Shown: positions 18,522-28,437, numbered from the stretch's first letter. The stretch is 47,983 nucleotides of DNA from Candidatus Woesearchaeota archaeon (GCA_043812195.1 JBDRML010000023.1:1-47983), one strand, 5' to 3'. The notes: a model not told the origin generated them from the letters alone. Program-made: numbers and translations.

Positions 18522-21500
18522 ATGAATAAACAAATATTGACTCAAATAATTCTAATCTTTATGATACTAATATTAATTATCACAATAATAAGTCCAGATT
18601 TAATAAAACTAGCTCCAAAATTTATAAAACAAGATTATGGTCTTAGAGAAGATTATAATATTGAAAAATATAATGTTTTAAAAATGGATTTTGTTTCTTC
18701 AAATAGCTATTCTAGTGGAAATCCATTTACAGATGTAGATTTTACAATAGAATTCACAAATCCAACAGGCCAAAGAATACTTAATACAGACGGATTTTAT
18801 AATGGAAATGGAAATGGAGACCAAAACGGTTATGTTTGGTCAGCAAGATTTTCAGGAGATGAAGTCGGGACTTGGACTTATGAAACTTTTTCAAATGAAC
18901 CTTCATTAAATGGTTTAACAGGAACAATCAATGTGCAAATTTCATCAAACAAGGGTCCAATAATAAAAGATGAAGAATATCCACACTGGTTTAAATTCAA
19001 AGAAGGAGAAAATGTTCAGTTACATGGTAATTTTTTAGATAATGTAGCTGGAGGGAATCCTTTAAGATTCACTCATTTATATTTATCAGAATTTGTATCA
19101 GACACAGAAAGACAACAGTTCATTGACAGAGCAAACCAAATAAAAGCAAACAAAATGAACATTTATCTTGCAAATGTGGGTGATTATGGCGGCTCATTCC
19201 CAACAACACCTTGGTTAGGAACATACAATTCAAATAATAAAGAAAGATTTGATATTTTAAGATGGGAAAAATATGAAGTAGAAATAGCCAGATTAAACCA
19301 AGAAGGAATTATAGCAGAGCTTTGGTTTTTTGCTGATGATTCTGCATTTGGAAATATTAACGATGCGAATATAGATCTTTTCTTACAATATGGACTTTCA
19401 AGGCTTTCAGCATATCCAAATGTAATTTTTGTACAAGTCTTAGAATGGGAAGAAATGTATTCTAATAATTGGAATCGTGCTAATAATCATGGAATATTTA
19501 TGAGTCAACATAATCCATATGAAAGGTCAATCTCTATTCATGGAACAACAGGAAATTTTGATTTCCCAAATGAAGAATGGACAAAATTTATGGCAATTCA
19601 GACAGGAAATACTGTATCTTATCCTTCAAATTACGACATGACTTTAGTAAATTATAATCTTCCAAATAATCCAAAACCACTAATAAATGAAGAATTTGGA
19701 TTTAATAACGACGATTATGATCAAAACCCAGTTGATTCTTTAAACATGAGAAAAAAACTTTGGATAGCTTTTGTAGCAGGTACAGCAGGAACTGGAACAG
19801 GATCAGGCATGAAAGAATTTGACGAATTTTTCGATTTAGTTAATCCAGAATTCTGGAAAATGACTCCAGATGATTCAGTATTTGTAACAGCAGGATATGA
19901 AACTCATTGTCTCGCAAACTCAGGTCAAAGTTATATTTGCTATGCACCAGTTGGAGGAACAATTCAATTAAACAGCAACAGTATACAAGAACAATATAAT
20001 TATCTTTGGTATGATCCATTCACAGGAGTTATAACAGAACAAGGATTTATTGATCCAGGTAACTTGATTTTAAATGCACCAAACTCAAATGATTGGGTTT
20101 TATTTTTAGATGTTGCTAGCCAGCAAGTTTCAACCTGTAATTTAATTGCAGAACCAGACAGAGAAATTGGTTCATTTAATAGTTTATTAACTGCAAGTTT
20201 TGAAAATTTACCTCCAGATATAACTCTTACATTAATGAAGTGCTCACAAGAAGATGGAGGAACACAACAAATAATAAATAATAATATAGCAACAAGATCC
20301 TGTAATTATCCAGAAGTTTTAGAAGAAACAACATATCAAGCAAGCGCAACAGCAGAAGAAACACAATGCATAACTTTAGTAACTGATTTACCAATTCCTC
20401 CAGAAAATGTTTTTCAAGATGATTATACAATAAATATCTATTCAAATGATTTCATAAACCAATTAACTATAGATAATGTTGACTGGGATCATTATTCAAA
20501 TTATTATCCTTTAGGTGGAGGAGAAATACCTCCAGACTCAAATGGAATAAATGGATTATGGCATTTTAATGATGATCTTTCAGATGGAATGGCAAATGAT
20601 GATTCTGGAAATGGAAATGAAGGCACATGTACAATTGGAGTAACCTGTCCTGATTATATTATAGAAGGTCAAAGATTTGGTGCAGGCGCCTATTTATTTA
20701 ATGGAGTAACAGATTATATTGAAATTCCACAAAGCACAATATCTACATCAGGAACCATATCCATGTGGATAAAACCAACAGGAATGCAAGACAAAACAAT
20801 TATGGATGCAACAAATGATATTGGATCTAACAAATATTTCTTTATAGACATAAATGATCAAGGTTTATTAAGATTTTGGATGGAAGATTATAATGATGCA
20901 GATTTTAGAGTTGACTATGATGTAAGCCAGTATGATCCTAATGACTGGTATCTTGTAACAGGAGTTTGGAATTTTGGATCTGCACCAGCATTAGAACTAT
21001 ACTTTAATGGAGAGTTAGTTGATTCTGATACAAGAGCAAGCGGACCAATATCAGTATTAGCAACACCATATATAGGTCATGATAGAAGTGAAGAAGACAC
21101 AAACACTATGTGGAAATTTGGAGGAGCAATAGATGAAGCCGCGATTTGGAGTATAAATCTTAATCAAGAGGAAATATTAGCTCTTTATTCAGGTGGAGGT
21201 GGAGGGCCATCTACAGGAAGCTATGAATCTACATTAATAGAAACACCCCAGTTAGAATCAGTATTAGTAGAATGGGAATCTACAAATAACAATGCAATTC
21301 ACTTTGCAATAAGTCCAGATTCCAATATTTGGTGTAATGTTTATAATGGACAAATAATCACAAGAAATAATTGTGGATATTTTCCTTCAGAAAATTTCTA
21401 TTACAAAGTAGAATTTTCAGATTATTCTCTTATAAATAATGTTTATTTTGAATGGGAAGAGAGAGTAGAACTTCCTGGCGGTGGCGGAGGTAAAACACTG

Positions 21501-21599
21501 CCTCACCAAGCATACGGGGAAGATGAAGATGGACAACTATACAGCCAAGATATCTTTAAAATGATATTAGATTTTATTAAAAATATTTTTGGATTATAA
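18522..21599 (+). CDS. Large secreted/surface protein: DUF5060-like Ig, apiosidase-like (DUF4038-type) TIM barrel, beta domain and C-terminal LamG
   Basis: N-terminal signal/TM; GNPF..GFYNG..WSARF..GTWTYET; SIHG, KPLINEEFGF; WYDP.TG; LamG WHF...D.SGNG...GAIDEAAIW. Confidence 0.75.
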   Translation: MNKQILTQIILIFMILILIITIISPDLIKLAPKFIKQDYGLREDYNIEKYNVLKMDFVSSNSYSSGNPFTDVDFTIEFTNPTGQRILNTDGFYNGNGNGDQNGYVWSARFSGDEVGTWTYETFSNEPSLNGLTGTINVQISSNKGPIIKDEEYPHWFKFKEGENVQLHGNFLDNVAGGNPLRFTHLYLSEFVSDTERQQFIDRANQIKANKMNIYLANVGDYGGSFPTTPWLGTYNSNNKERFDILRWEKYEVEIARLNQEGIIAELWFFADDSAFGNINDANIDLFLQYGLSRLSAYPNVIFVQVLEWEEMYSNNWNRANNHGIFMSQHNPYERSISIHGTTGNFDFPNEEWTKFMAIQTGNTVSYPSNYDMTLVNYNLPNNPKPLINEEFGFNNDDYDQNPVDSLNMRKKLWIAFVAGTAGTGTGSGMKEFDEFFDLVNPEFWKMTPDDSVFVTAGYETHCLANSGQSYICYAPVGGTIQLNSNSIQEQYNYLWYDPFTGVITEQGFIDPGNLILNAPNSNDWVLFLDVASQQVSTCNLIAEPDREIGSFNSLLTASFENLPPDITLTLMKCSQEDGGTQQIINNNIATRSCNYPEVLEETTYQASATAEETQCITLVTDLPIPPENVFQDDYTINIYSNDFINQLTIDNVDWDHYSNYYPLGGGEIPPDSNGINGLWHFNDDLSDGMANDDSGNGNEGTCTIGVTCPDYIIEGQRFGAGAYLFNGVTDYIEIPQSTISTSGTISMWIKPTGMQDKTIMDATNDIGSNKYFFIDINDQGLLRFWMEDYNDADFRVDYDVSQYDPNDWYLVTGVWNFGSAPALELYFNGELVDSDTRASGPISVLATPYIGHDRSEEDTNTMWKFGGAIDEAAIWSINLNQEEILALYSGGGGGPSTGSYESTLIETPQLESVLVEWESTNNNAIHFAISPDSNIWCNVYNGQIITRNNCGYFPSENFYYKVEFSDYSLINNVYFEWEERVELPGGGGGKTLPHQAYGEDEDGQLYSQDIFKMILDFIKNIFGL

Positions 21600-21600
21600 A

Positions 21601-21865
21601 TTAAAAAGATTAAATTTATTTAACCTCAAATAAAATAACTTTTATGGGATTATACCCCTTGCAATGAATATTATTGTTAAGATCATACTTACAAGTATAA
21701 CATTCGCCATAACCCTCTTTTTTCATATTGTTTATTATATTTGGCCTAAATAATTGATGCAGACAAAGAATTTTAATTTCCTTTTCGGAAATAATATTTT
21801 GTTTTTTACAAATTTCTACAAGACCCATAATAAATAAAGTAATTTAAGTATCTTTAAAAAGATTA
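21601..21865. repeat. 12-bp direct repeat TTAAAAAGATTA (21601-21612, 21854-21865) bracketing a small ORF
   Basis: Exact match read from sequence; AT-rich, so chance not excluded. Confidence 0.5.
21616..21828 (-). CDS. Small Cys-rich hypothetical protein
   Basis: C..C.H...C..C...C pattern; own TATA upstream. Confidence 0.55.
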   Translation of the reverse strand: MGLVEICKKQNIISEKEIKILCLHQLFRPNIINNMKKEGYGECYTCKYDLNNNIHCKGYNPIKVILFEVK

Positions 21866-21898
21866 GTATATTAATTAAATTAATAAATTAAAATTAAA

Positions 21899-22591
21899 AT
21901 GCTAAATCAAATTAAAAAAGACATAGAAGATTTAGAAAACCCTGAAAAAGCTAAACTTCTCCAAAGATTTTTCAAAACAGGCCCAGGACAATATGGTGAA
22001 GGTGATATTTTTTTAGGAATAACAGTTCCATTACAAAGACAAATAGCCAAAAAATACACAAATCTTTCTTTAGATGAAATTCAGGAATTATTATCAAGCA
22101 AAATACACGAGCATAGATTAATAGCATTACTTATATTAATAGATAAATACAAAAAAGCAGATCAAATTAAAAAAGAAGAAATATTAAATTTATACTTAAA
22201 AAATACAAAATACATAAACAACTGGGATTTAGTTGATTTATCAGCTCCAAATATTGTAGGTGATTATTTTCTTGAAAAAGATAAATCAATATTATACAAA
22301 TTAGCAAACTCAGATAATTTATGGGAGAAAAGAATAGCAGTATTAGCAACTTTCACATTTATTAAAAATAACAGATTTGATGATTCATTAAAAATATCAG
22401 AAATTCTGCTTAAAGATAAACATGATTTAATACATAAAGCAGTTGGCTGGATGCTTAGAGAAATAGGTAAAAAAGATCAAAAAACAGAAGAGGATTTCTT
22501 AAAAAAACATTATAAAAATATGCCAAGAACAATGTTAAGATACTCAATAGAAAGATTCTCAGAAGAAAAAAGAAAGTTCTATCTAAGTTAA
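21899..22591 (+). CDS. alkD: AlkD-family DNA alkylation repair glycosylase
   Basis: FFKTGPGQYGEGD.FLG, INNWDLVD, LWEKR, DLIHKAVGWMLREIGK, MPRTMLRY. Confidence 0.9.
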   Translation: MLNQIKKDIEDLENPEKAKLLQRFFKTGPGQYGEGDIFLGITVPLQRQIAKKYTNLSLDEIQELLSSKIHEHRLIALLILIDKYKKADQIKKEEILNLYLKNTKYINNWDLVDLSAPNIVGDYFLEKDKSILYKLANSDNLWEKRIAVLATFTFIKNNRFDDSLKISEILLKDKHDLIHKAVGWMLREIGKKDQKTEEDFLKKHYKNMPRTMLRYSIERFSEEKRKFYLS

Positions 22592-22667
22592 AAACATAAG
22601 CTTTAAAGCAAACGTCAGTTAAAGAAATTAAAAAATGAAAGAATTAGTTTTAATCCTTATTCAATAA

Positions 22668-23063
22668 CTACACTAACTCTTCTCTTGGAACCAAAGTTGT
22701 AGTTAGATTTCTTTCCAAGTATGTTACTTGGGCTGCATCAAACATTGGAACTCCAGAAGCTTCCATCAATGTCATAATTTCTCCTGATTTGCGTTCCTTG
22801 GCATAATTTATATACATATATTGTATTTTCGATGCAGTTTCTCTTGAAGGCTCTACCTCTGTTATTTCTCTTATAAGCCTCATTCTACCAAAATCTCCAT
22901 CTTTCAAACAATCTCGATAAGTATTTTGAACATCAAGATATAATCTATTTGGATTCACTCCAAAATTTTTTGCTACCATTGATACAACATTGTAAGGATG
23001 TTCTTTCATTCTCTCCTCTAACTTTTCTACTTGACTCTTTGGTTGTTTTCTTCCGAATATCAT
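22668..23063 (-). CDS. Hypothetical protein
   Basis: 131-aa ORF with its own promoter at 23094-23123. Confidence 0.65.
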   Translation of the reverse strand: MIFGRKQPKSQVEKLEERMKEHPYNVVSMVAKNFGVNPNRLYLDVQNTYRDCLKDGDFGRMRLIREITEVEPSRETASKIQYMYINYAKERKSGEIMTLMEASGVPMFDAAQVTYLERNLTTTLVPREELV

Positions 23064-23093
23064 TTTTATCTCTTAATTAGTATTAATTTTCCA

Positions 23094-23123
23094 TTTATAA
23101 ATCTTTCTATTTGTAACCACTTA
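23094..23123 (-). promoter_or_regulatory. Promoter with upstream TAAGTGGTTAC box, BRE and TATA
   Basis: Minus strand CTAAGTGGTTACAAATAGAAAGATTTATAAA; matches 62-92. Confidence 0.6.
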
Positions 23124-23193
23124 GAAATAATAATTAATCCTTTTCTCTCATAAAAACATAAGCTTTAAATAACCCTTTAAAATTAAAGTTAAC

Positions 23194-23565
23194 ATGAAAA
23201 AATCATTAATAATAATTTTCTTAGTAATAGTTGTTTTAGCAATAGCTGTATTTGGTTTTAATATTACTGAAAAGGCAACAGATACACCTGGAGAATATGA
23301 TGAATTTGCTCAATGTCTAACAACTGAAGGAGCAAAACTCTATGGATCATTCCAATGTTCACACTGTAAAACTCAAAAAGAAATGTTTGGTAATTCTATT
23401 CAATATGTAAATTATGTTGAATGTGGCCCATTAAGAGGCCCAATAGACAGTAAATGTATTGATGCAGGAATTGAAGCATATCCAAGTTGGATAATAAATG
23501 AAACTACGTATAAAGGAACACAAAGTCTATCTAAATTAAGTGATTTAACTGGTTGTGCTCTTTAA
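23194..23565 (+). CDS. Membrane-anchored thioredoxin-fold protein (like the VKOR-associated Trx domain)
   Basis: AQCL...GAKLYG..CSHCK.QK..FG, YVEC, C...GI.AYPSW. Confidence 0.8.
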   Translation: MKKSLIIIFLVIVVLAIAVFGFNITEKATDTPGEYDEFAQCLTTEGAKLYGSFQCSHCKTQKEMFGNSIQYVNYVECGPLRGPIDSKCIDAGIEAYPSWIINETTYKGTQSLSKLSDLTGCAL

Positions 23566-23576
23566 TTTTAATACAA

Positions 23577-24056
23577 TTATGTAAAACCTTCAATTTTACA
23601 ATCTTCTACAAGATCTTCTATACTTTTATAATCTGATCCCAAAACACGAAAAATATTCTCTACAACACAAACCCTTTTAGGAAGTTTTGTTCCATCAACA
23701 TATGAAGAAAGAGTTTGTCTTGGCAATCCTGTTTGCTCAGCAAGCCAAGTTTTATCATGCCCAATATCCCTTAATCTATTATTTATAAAACTACTAAGTA
23801 CTCTATTTTTAAATCTCTCACGTCTAATCATAAATCTTTTCTTTAAATAACTACCATAGCTTTCATAACCTCTTTTATGAATAGCTTCTTTTGAATAATC
23901 ATATGTAGAATTATAACCAGTTTTATCTCTGTTTGCATAAACAAACACAGTAGTACGAGATATTCCTTCTATTCTAGCTATTTCTCGAGAAGTATAACCA
24001 TTTCTTCTAAGTCTATCAATCGATTCTATTTGTGATTTATCTAATTTTTTTGGCAT
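23577..24056 (-). CDS. Double helix-turn-helix protein
   Basis: N-terminal GYTSREIARIEGISRTTV; C-terminal XRE-like WLAEQTGLPRQTLSSYVDG...P. Confidence 0.75.
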   Translation of the reverse strand: MPKKLDKSQIESIDRLRRNGYTSREIARIEGISRTTVFVYANRDKTGYNSTYDYSKEAIHKRGYESYGSYLKKRFMIRRERFKNRVLSSFINNRLRDIGHDKTWLAEQTGLPRQTLSSYVDGTKLPKRVCVVENIFRVLGSDYKSIEDLVEDCKIEGFT

Positions 24057-24069
24057 AGTAAATGTATTT

Positions 24070-25893
24070 TTAGAATAGTATCTCTACGTCACCATACATT
24101 TTTTTCAAATCTTCAAATAAACCTTCTTTAATACTCAAATGTTTAGGAAGTTCAAATTTAACTAAAGCATCATCCATTTCAATTATATCACTATCTTTAA
24201 TATTTTTTAATCTCCCATCCACAATATCAGCTTTTTTAATTATTTTCTTTTTTGCTCCAATATCTTCAGTAATAAACACAAGACCTTCCAATAATAACAT
24301 CTCGCCCAATTTCTTTTTATGCTTAAATCTAATCTTAGATCTTTCTACACCAGAGAATTGTTTTCTCTGAATATGATCAGTTAAAGTTCTAATAAAAGTT
24401 CTACCTTCTCTTTTTATCATATCACCTTCGGCCTTTGTTAATTTCTTAGCTTTGAAATCTTTATACGCCTTTTCAAACATCTTAAAATCATCAACTAATC
24501 TAACAGGCAATCCTTCTTTATCACAAAACTTTCTAAATCCAGCTTCAATACTTTTATAATTTTTAATTCCGCCTTCCAAAATAGAATCTTCAGTAACTTT
24601 AAGAATTGTACTATGAACATGACCTAAATTTTCTTTTTCCTTTTTCCTTTCAATCTGATCAAATAATTTCTTAATTCTCTTCAAATAATTTTCAGAATCA
24701 TTCAAAATTTTATCTAATTCAGCACCTGTGACTTCCTTAAGTTTACCATGTTCCATATCTTTAAAGAATAATCTTAATTTTTCTAAAGTATTTACATATG
24801 TTTGTTCTAATATTTTTTCTTTTTTAACAAATATTTCTTCCATCAACTTAACAGTCTCTTTAGGTGTTGGTGGAGTAACTCCATACAACATCAAAGCAGC
24901 CTGACTAGGATTTAACACAGCATAATACAAATCTTCAGAAGCAATCAACAACATTTTTTGCTTAGCTCTCTTAATTAAACTCTCTCCCATATTCATCTGC
25001 ATATCAATAGCTTCAGGACTCGGTCTTATTCTCCCCATATTTAATAATAATCTCCAAGGCATAAACACACCCCTATCATAAATAGGAATACCATCTCTCA
25101 ATAAAGTAAATATAACTGGATGAGCATCTTTTACAGATTCCCAAAAGTCAGTTAAAATATAAGTCTGAACATGAAATTGCTTTTTAACTCCAGTCATTGC
25201 AGCAGCTTCAAATCCCATACTAACAATCAAGCCCCTTAATTTATCTTTCAATTCAATTCTAGACATTCTTTTTACATCTGTATCATCAATTACAACATAA
25301 ACATCAATATCATTAGATTTCTCTCCCCTAAATAAAGAGCCTGCAGCAACATAACTTAAAATATACTTATCAAATTTCCTTATGACCATATTTTTATGCA
25401 CTTCAGAAATCTTTAATGCACCCAAAAAATCAACAGGATCATAAATAATCAAAGACATCGCAATATCTTGTAAGATTTCATACTTAGAATCAAACAAAGC
25501 CTCTTTAATTTCAGACATTAACATTATATCTAAAAAGAAATGCTTATCAATTTCTTTAGTTATCTTAACTAATTCTTTAGCAACACTATCTTTTAATTTA
25601 TAATCTGGCTGAACTTTAGATTTATTATCATTCAAGGCAATAAAGATATCAATTTGATTCTTATCAACAGGCGGAACCAATCCTTTTTTCACCATCTCAG
25701 GATCAACTTTTCTCGGCGGTAATAAAGCTATACCAACTACATCCTTTTTATAAGATTTCAGAATTTTTTTCTCTAATTTACCTAGTTTTTCTTTTAATTC
25801 CTTTTGCTTCTTAATAACTGCCTCTGGAATTTCAGGCATTTGAGGATTTTCAGGAACATGCTGAGTATTCATTGTAGTATTAAGCTTAAACAT
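24070..25893 (-). CDS. Nucleotidyltransferase (Pol-beta/MNT) and HEPN domain fusion protein
   Basis: AGSLFRG...DIDVYVVIDD; HEPN-like DLYYAVLNPSQAALML.G..P; start may be 25872. Confidence 0.75.
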   Translation of the reverse strand: MFKLNTTMNTQHVPENPQMPEIPEAVIKKQKELKEKLGKLEKKILKSYKKDVVGIALLPPRKVDPEMVKKGLVPPVDKNQIDIFIALNDNKSKVQPDYKLKDSVAKELVKITKEIDKHFFLDIMLMSEIKEALFDSKYEILQDIAMSLIIYDPVDFLGALKISEVHKNMVIRKFDKYILSYVAAGSLFRGEKSNDIDVYVVIDDTDVKRMSRIELKDKLRGLIVSMGFEAAAMTGVKKQFHVQTYILTDFWESVKDAHPVIFTLLRDGIPIYDRGVFMPWRLLLNMGRIRPSPEAIDMQMNMGESLIKRAKQKMLLIASEDLYYAVLNPSQAALMLYGVTPPTPKETVKLMEEIFVKKEKILEQTYVNTLEKLRLFFKDMEHGKLKEVTGAELDKILNDSENYLKRIKKLFDQIERKKEKENLGHVHSTILKVTEDSILEGGIKNYKSIEAGFRKFCDKEGLPVRLVDDFKMFEKAYKDFKAKKLTKAEGDMIKREGRTFIRTLTDHIQRKQFSGVERSKIRFKHKKKLGEMLLLEGLVFITEDIGAKKKIIKKADIVDGRLKNIKDSDIIEMDDALVKFELPKHLSIKEGLFEDLKKMYGDVEILF

Positions 25894-25950
25894 AAACTTT
25901 TTAAAGTTTTCTAATATTACCTATTTATTATCTAATGGGGAACCTAAAAC

Positions 25951-26433
25951 ATGAAATATAATTTAATATCAAAAATATTACCGTTTTTCGCTGCAGGAGT
26001 ATTTTCAGCCGGTTGTGCAACTTCTAACAGAAATATAGCAACAGAATTAAGGGCACATGAGTATAAATCAGAATCTATTTGTCCAAACGGAGAAAGAAAT
26101 TCAACAACAATAAGAGATTTAGAATTAAGAACAAATTCAGAAGAAACAATAAGAATAGACACACAAAATTATGAAAGAAACCATGAAAAAGTCTGCGAAG
26201 AAAAACTAAAGGAAATGCTAGATAGATATTTTTCTGAAAGATTATCAAGAAGAGAAATAAAAGTAGAAATTTCCATAAAAAGATACGAAAAAACACCTCA
26301 AAAAATACACAAAAAACAAAGAACAAAAAAACATTTTAGTGAAGAAAGTTTAATATTAAGAAAACATCCTAGATATTTACCAGAAGGTTGCACAGAAGAA
26401 AGTTTAATATTAAAAAAAGAAAAAAAGAATTAA
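25951..26433 (+). CDS. Hypothetical lipoprotein-like protein
   Basis: Lipobox-like FSAGC; C-terminal EESLIL repeat. Confidence 0.5.
   Translation: MKYNLISKILPFFAAGVFSAGCATSNRNIATELRAHEYKSESICPNGERNSTTIRDLELRTNSEETIRIDTQNYERNHEKVCEEKLKEMLDRYFSERLSRREIKVEISIKRYEKTPQKIHKKQRTKKHFSEESLILRKHPRYLPEGCTEESLILKKEKKN
26341..26413. repeat. 19-bp direct repeat GAAGAAAGTTTAATATTAA (26341-26359, 26395-26413)
   Basis: Exact match, 54-bp in-frame period. Confidence 0.85.
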
Positions 26434-26660
26434 AATTCTATATCGTCTAAATCCAAACTTAATATTTCATCTAAATCATTATCAAGTTCTTCAATATCAC
26501 TCAAATCATCAACATCTTTAACCACTTCACCAGTAATATCTGCTAATGGGTCGCCTTCTTCAGAGCTCACTATGCGGGCATCATTGGAGGTGCAACTAGA
26601 GATGAACAATAGCGACCCCATTAGCAATACTACAAGCATAAAGGTTAATTTTCTTTTCAT
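26430..26660 (-). CDS. Small acidic lipoprotein-like protein
   Basis: Signal peptide ending ISSC; Asp-rich tail; overlap with the upstream gene. Confidence 0.65.
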   Translation of the reverse strand: MKRKLTFMLVVLLMGSLLFISSCTSNDARIVSSEEGDPLADITGEVVKDVDDLSDIEELDNDLDEILSLDLDDIEF

Positions 26661-27571
26661 TCTGCACTAGCAGCTTCCAAATAAAGTGGCTTACTAGATA
26701 CTTCTGGACTTACATTACCTTGATATTCTCTATATAATTCAAGAAACTCTTTCAAGATTTTATGAGCCTCTTTCAAATATTCATGAGCTTTTCTCAAATG
26801 CTCTCTTGCCTCTAAAACATTTGAATCTTTACTTGAGATTGTAATGTAATTTTCCCTAAATTGCTCATATTCTTTATTAGCCAAATCTAATTTTTCATCA
26901 AAGTCATTAAGCAAGTCTTGCATTTCACCAACTAATTTATTATTTTGGTCTAATGCGTCAACTTTTCCATGTAATCTATCAGATAACTTTTCAAGTCTGT
27001 CTAACACATCATCTAATTTAATACCTAAAATATGTCCAACCATTTTCTTAATATATGAATTAGTATCACTCCAGATTTCTTTGATTTTTTTAGCAATAAC
27101 TTTTAAGTCATCCATACTTTCAGCGCCATCAACTTTTTCTCTTAAATTTTCAAGTTTTTGAATCTCTTCATTAATTATATTAAGATAATTTTCTTCAACT
27201 TGTTCGTCATCTATAACTCTATCAACCCAATATCCAAGCATCTTTAATTTATTTACAACTCTATCAATAGTCAAACCAAGATATTCTTTATAACTTTCTA
27301 AACTAGTTTCACTATCTGTGCTTAGTTCATTTCTAAAATTACTTTCTGAGCTTACTTTAAGCCCTGTCCAAGCTGATTTAGCTTTTCCCCAATTAGTTGC
27401 TAGATTTCTAGAGTCCTCTTTTAATTTACTATAATTTTCTTTGTTTACTTTATACTCATTCCAAACACCGCCATTTTCATTACTATTTGTTTGAAAAGCA
27501 GCGACATTTATTGGAACCATGCTCAATGCAAAGATTCCGAGCAAAAGCAAAGCCATTAATTTTTTCATCAT
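26657..27571 (-). CDS. Secreted alpha-helical coiled-coil protein
   Basis: Signal peptide; heptad-rich; GGAGG RBS. Confidence 0.75.
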   Translation of the reverse strand: MMKKLMALLLLGIFALSMVPINVAAFQTNSNENGGVWNEYKVNKENYSKLKEDSRNLATNWGKAKSAWTGLKVSSESNFRNELSTDSETSLESYKEYLGLTIDRVVNKLKMLGYWVDRVIDDEQVEENYLNIINEEIQKLENLREKVDGAESMDDLKVIAKKIKEIWSDTNSYIKKMVGHILGIKLDDVLDRLEKLSDRLHGKVDALDQNNKLVGEMQDLLNDFDEKLDLANKEYEQFRENYITISSKDSNVLEAREHLRKAHEYLKEAHKILKEFLELYREYQGNVSPEVSSKPLYLEAASAE

Positions 27572-27722
27572 TTTTTGAAAACCTCCTAAGTTTTCTATAC
27601 ATAGTATGAACAGTATTGCTTATAAAGAAACTTTTTAAAGTATCAAAATAAAGCTTTAGGAAGCTTTAATTCTAGCAGAACCTTTCAGAAAGCTTTAAAA
27701 GTATTATTTTCTAGAAAAAGTT

Positions 27723-28382
27723 ATGAAAAAACTATTATTACTATTAATAGTATTATTTGTAATTAATTCTGTTAGCGCAGCAACCATTTCAGGAAATATC
27801 TACAGTTTTGATTTTCAACAATTAGAAGATGTTAAAGTAACAATAAACACAGTACCAGGACAAATCCATATATCAAAAGACGGAACATACTCATTTGAAG
27901 TCCCTCAAGGAGATTATACTCTAACAGCAGAATATTATGTTAATAGCATCTTAGATTCAAATATAGAAGAAAACATTACAATAACAAATGATGGTAATTT
28001 TATCAGAGATCTTATTTTATTCCCTAATTTAGATGATATAGATGATGATTTTGATCCTTTTTTAGATGATGAAGAAAAACCCACATTATTAATTTATTTA
28101 TTAATAGCTTTAGCAGCTATATTTGTAGTTATATCTTTTATCTTTATTAAAAAAAGAAAAACAAAGAAAAAATTAAAAGAAATATCAAAAGACACAGGCG
28201 ATTTAGAAAAAGTTTTAGAATTTATCAAAAAAGAAGATGGTAGAACCACACAAAAAGACATTAGAAAAGCTTTGGGCATGTCAGAAGCCAAAGCCAGTTT
28301 AATAGTAACAGAACTAGAGCACAAAAATATAGTAAAAAGAATAAAAAAAGGAAGAGGTAATGTTATAATTTTGAACAAATAG
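27723..28382 (+). CDS. Membrane-anchored winged-helix regulator with extracellular carboxypeptidase-regulatory-like domain
   Basis: Signal peptide, DGTYSFEVPQGDYTL, TM, then GRTTQKDIRKALGMSEAKASL...LE...KKGRGN. Confidence 0.8.
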   Translation: MKKLLLLLIVLFVINSVSAATISGNIYSFDFQQLEDVKVTINTVPGQIHISKDGTYSFEVPQGDYTLTAEYYVNSILDSNIEENITITNDGNFIRDLILFPNLDDIDDDFDPFLDDEEKPTLLIYLLIALAAIFVVISFIFIKKRKTKKKLKEISKDTGDLEKVLEFIKKEDGRTTQKDIRKALGMSEAKASLIVTELEHKNIVKRIKKGRGNVIILNK

Positions 28383-28437
28383 TTAGTTTTATCAAAATAC
28401 GATAATTTTATATACCAACAAAAACATTAAAATTAAT

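Larger units (their letters stand above)
22589..23169. repeat. 19-bp exact direct repeat TAAAAACATAAGCTTTAAA (22589-22607, 23151-23169) bracketing an orphan gene and its promoter
   Basis: Exact match read from sequence. Confidence 0.9.

Noticed and set aside
26341-26413. Mini-CRISPR array (19-bp repeats, 35-bp spacer)
   Set aside because: Only two short repeats, in frame within a CDS, with no leader and no cas genes in the window.
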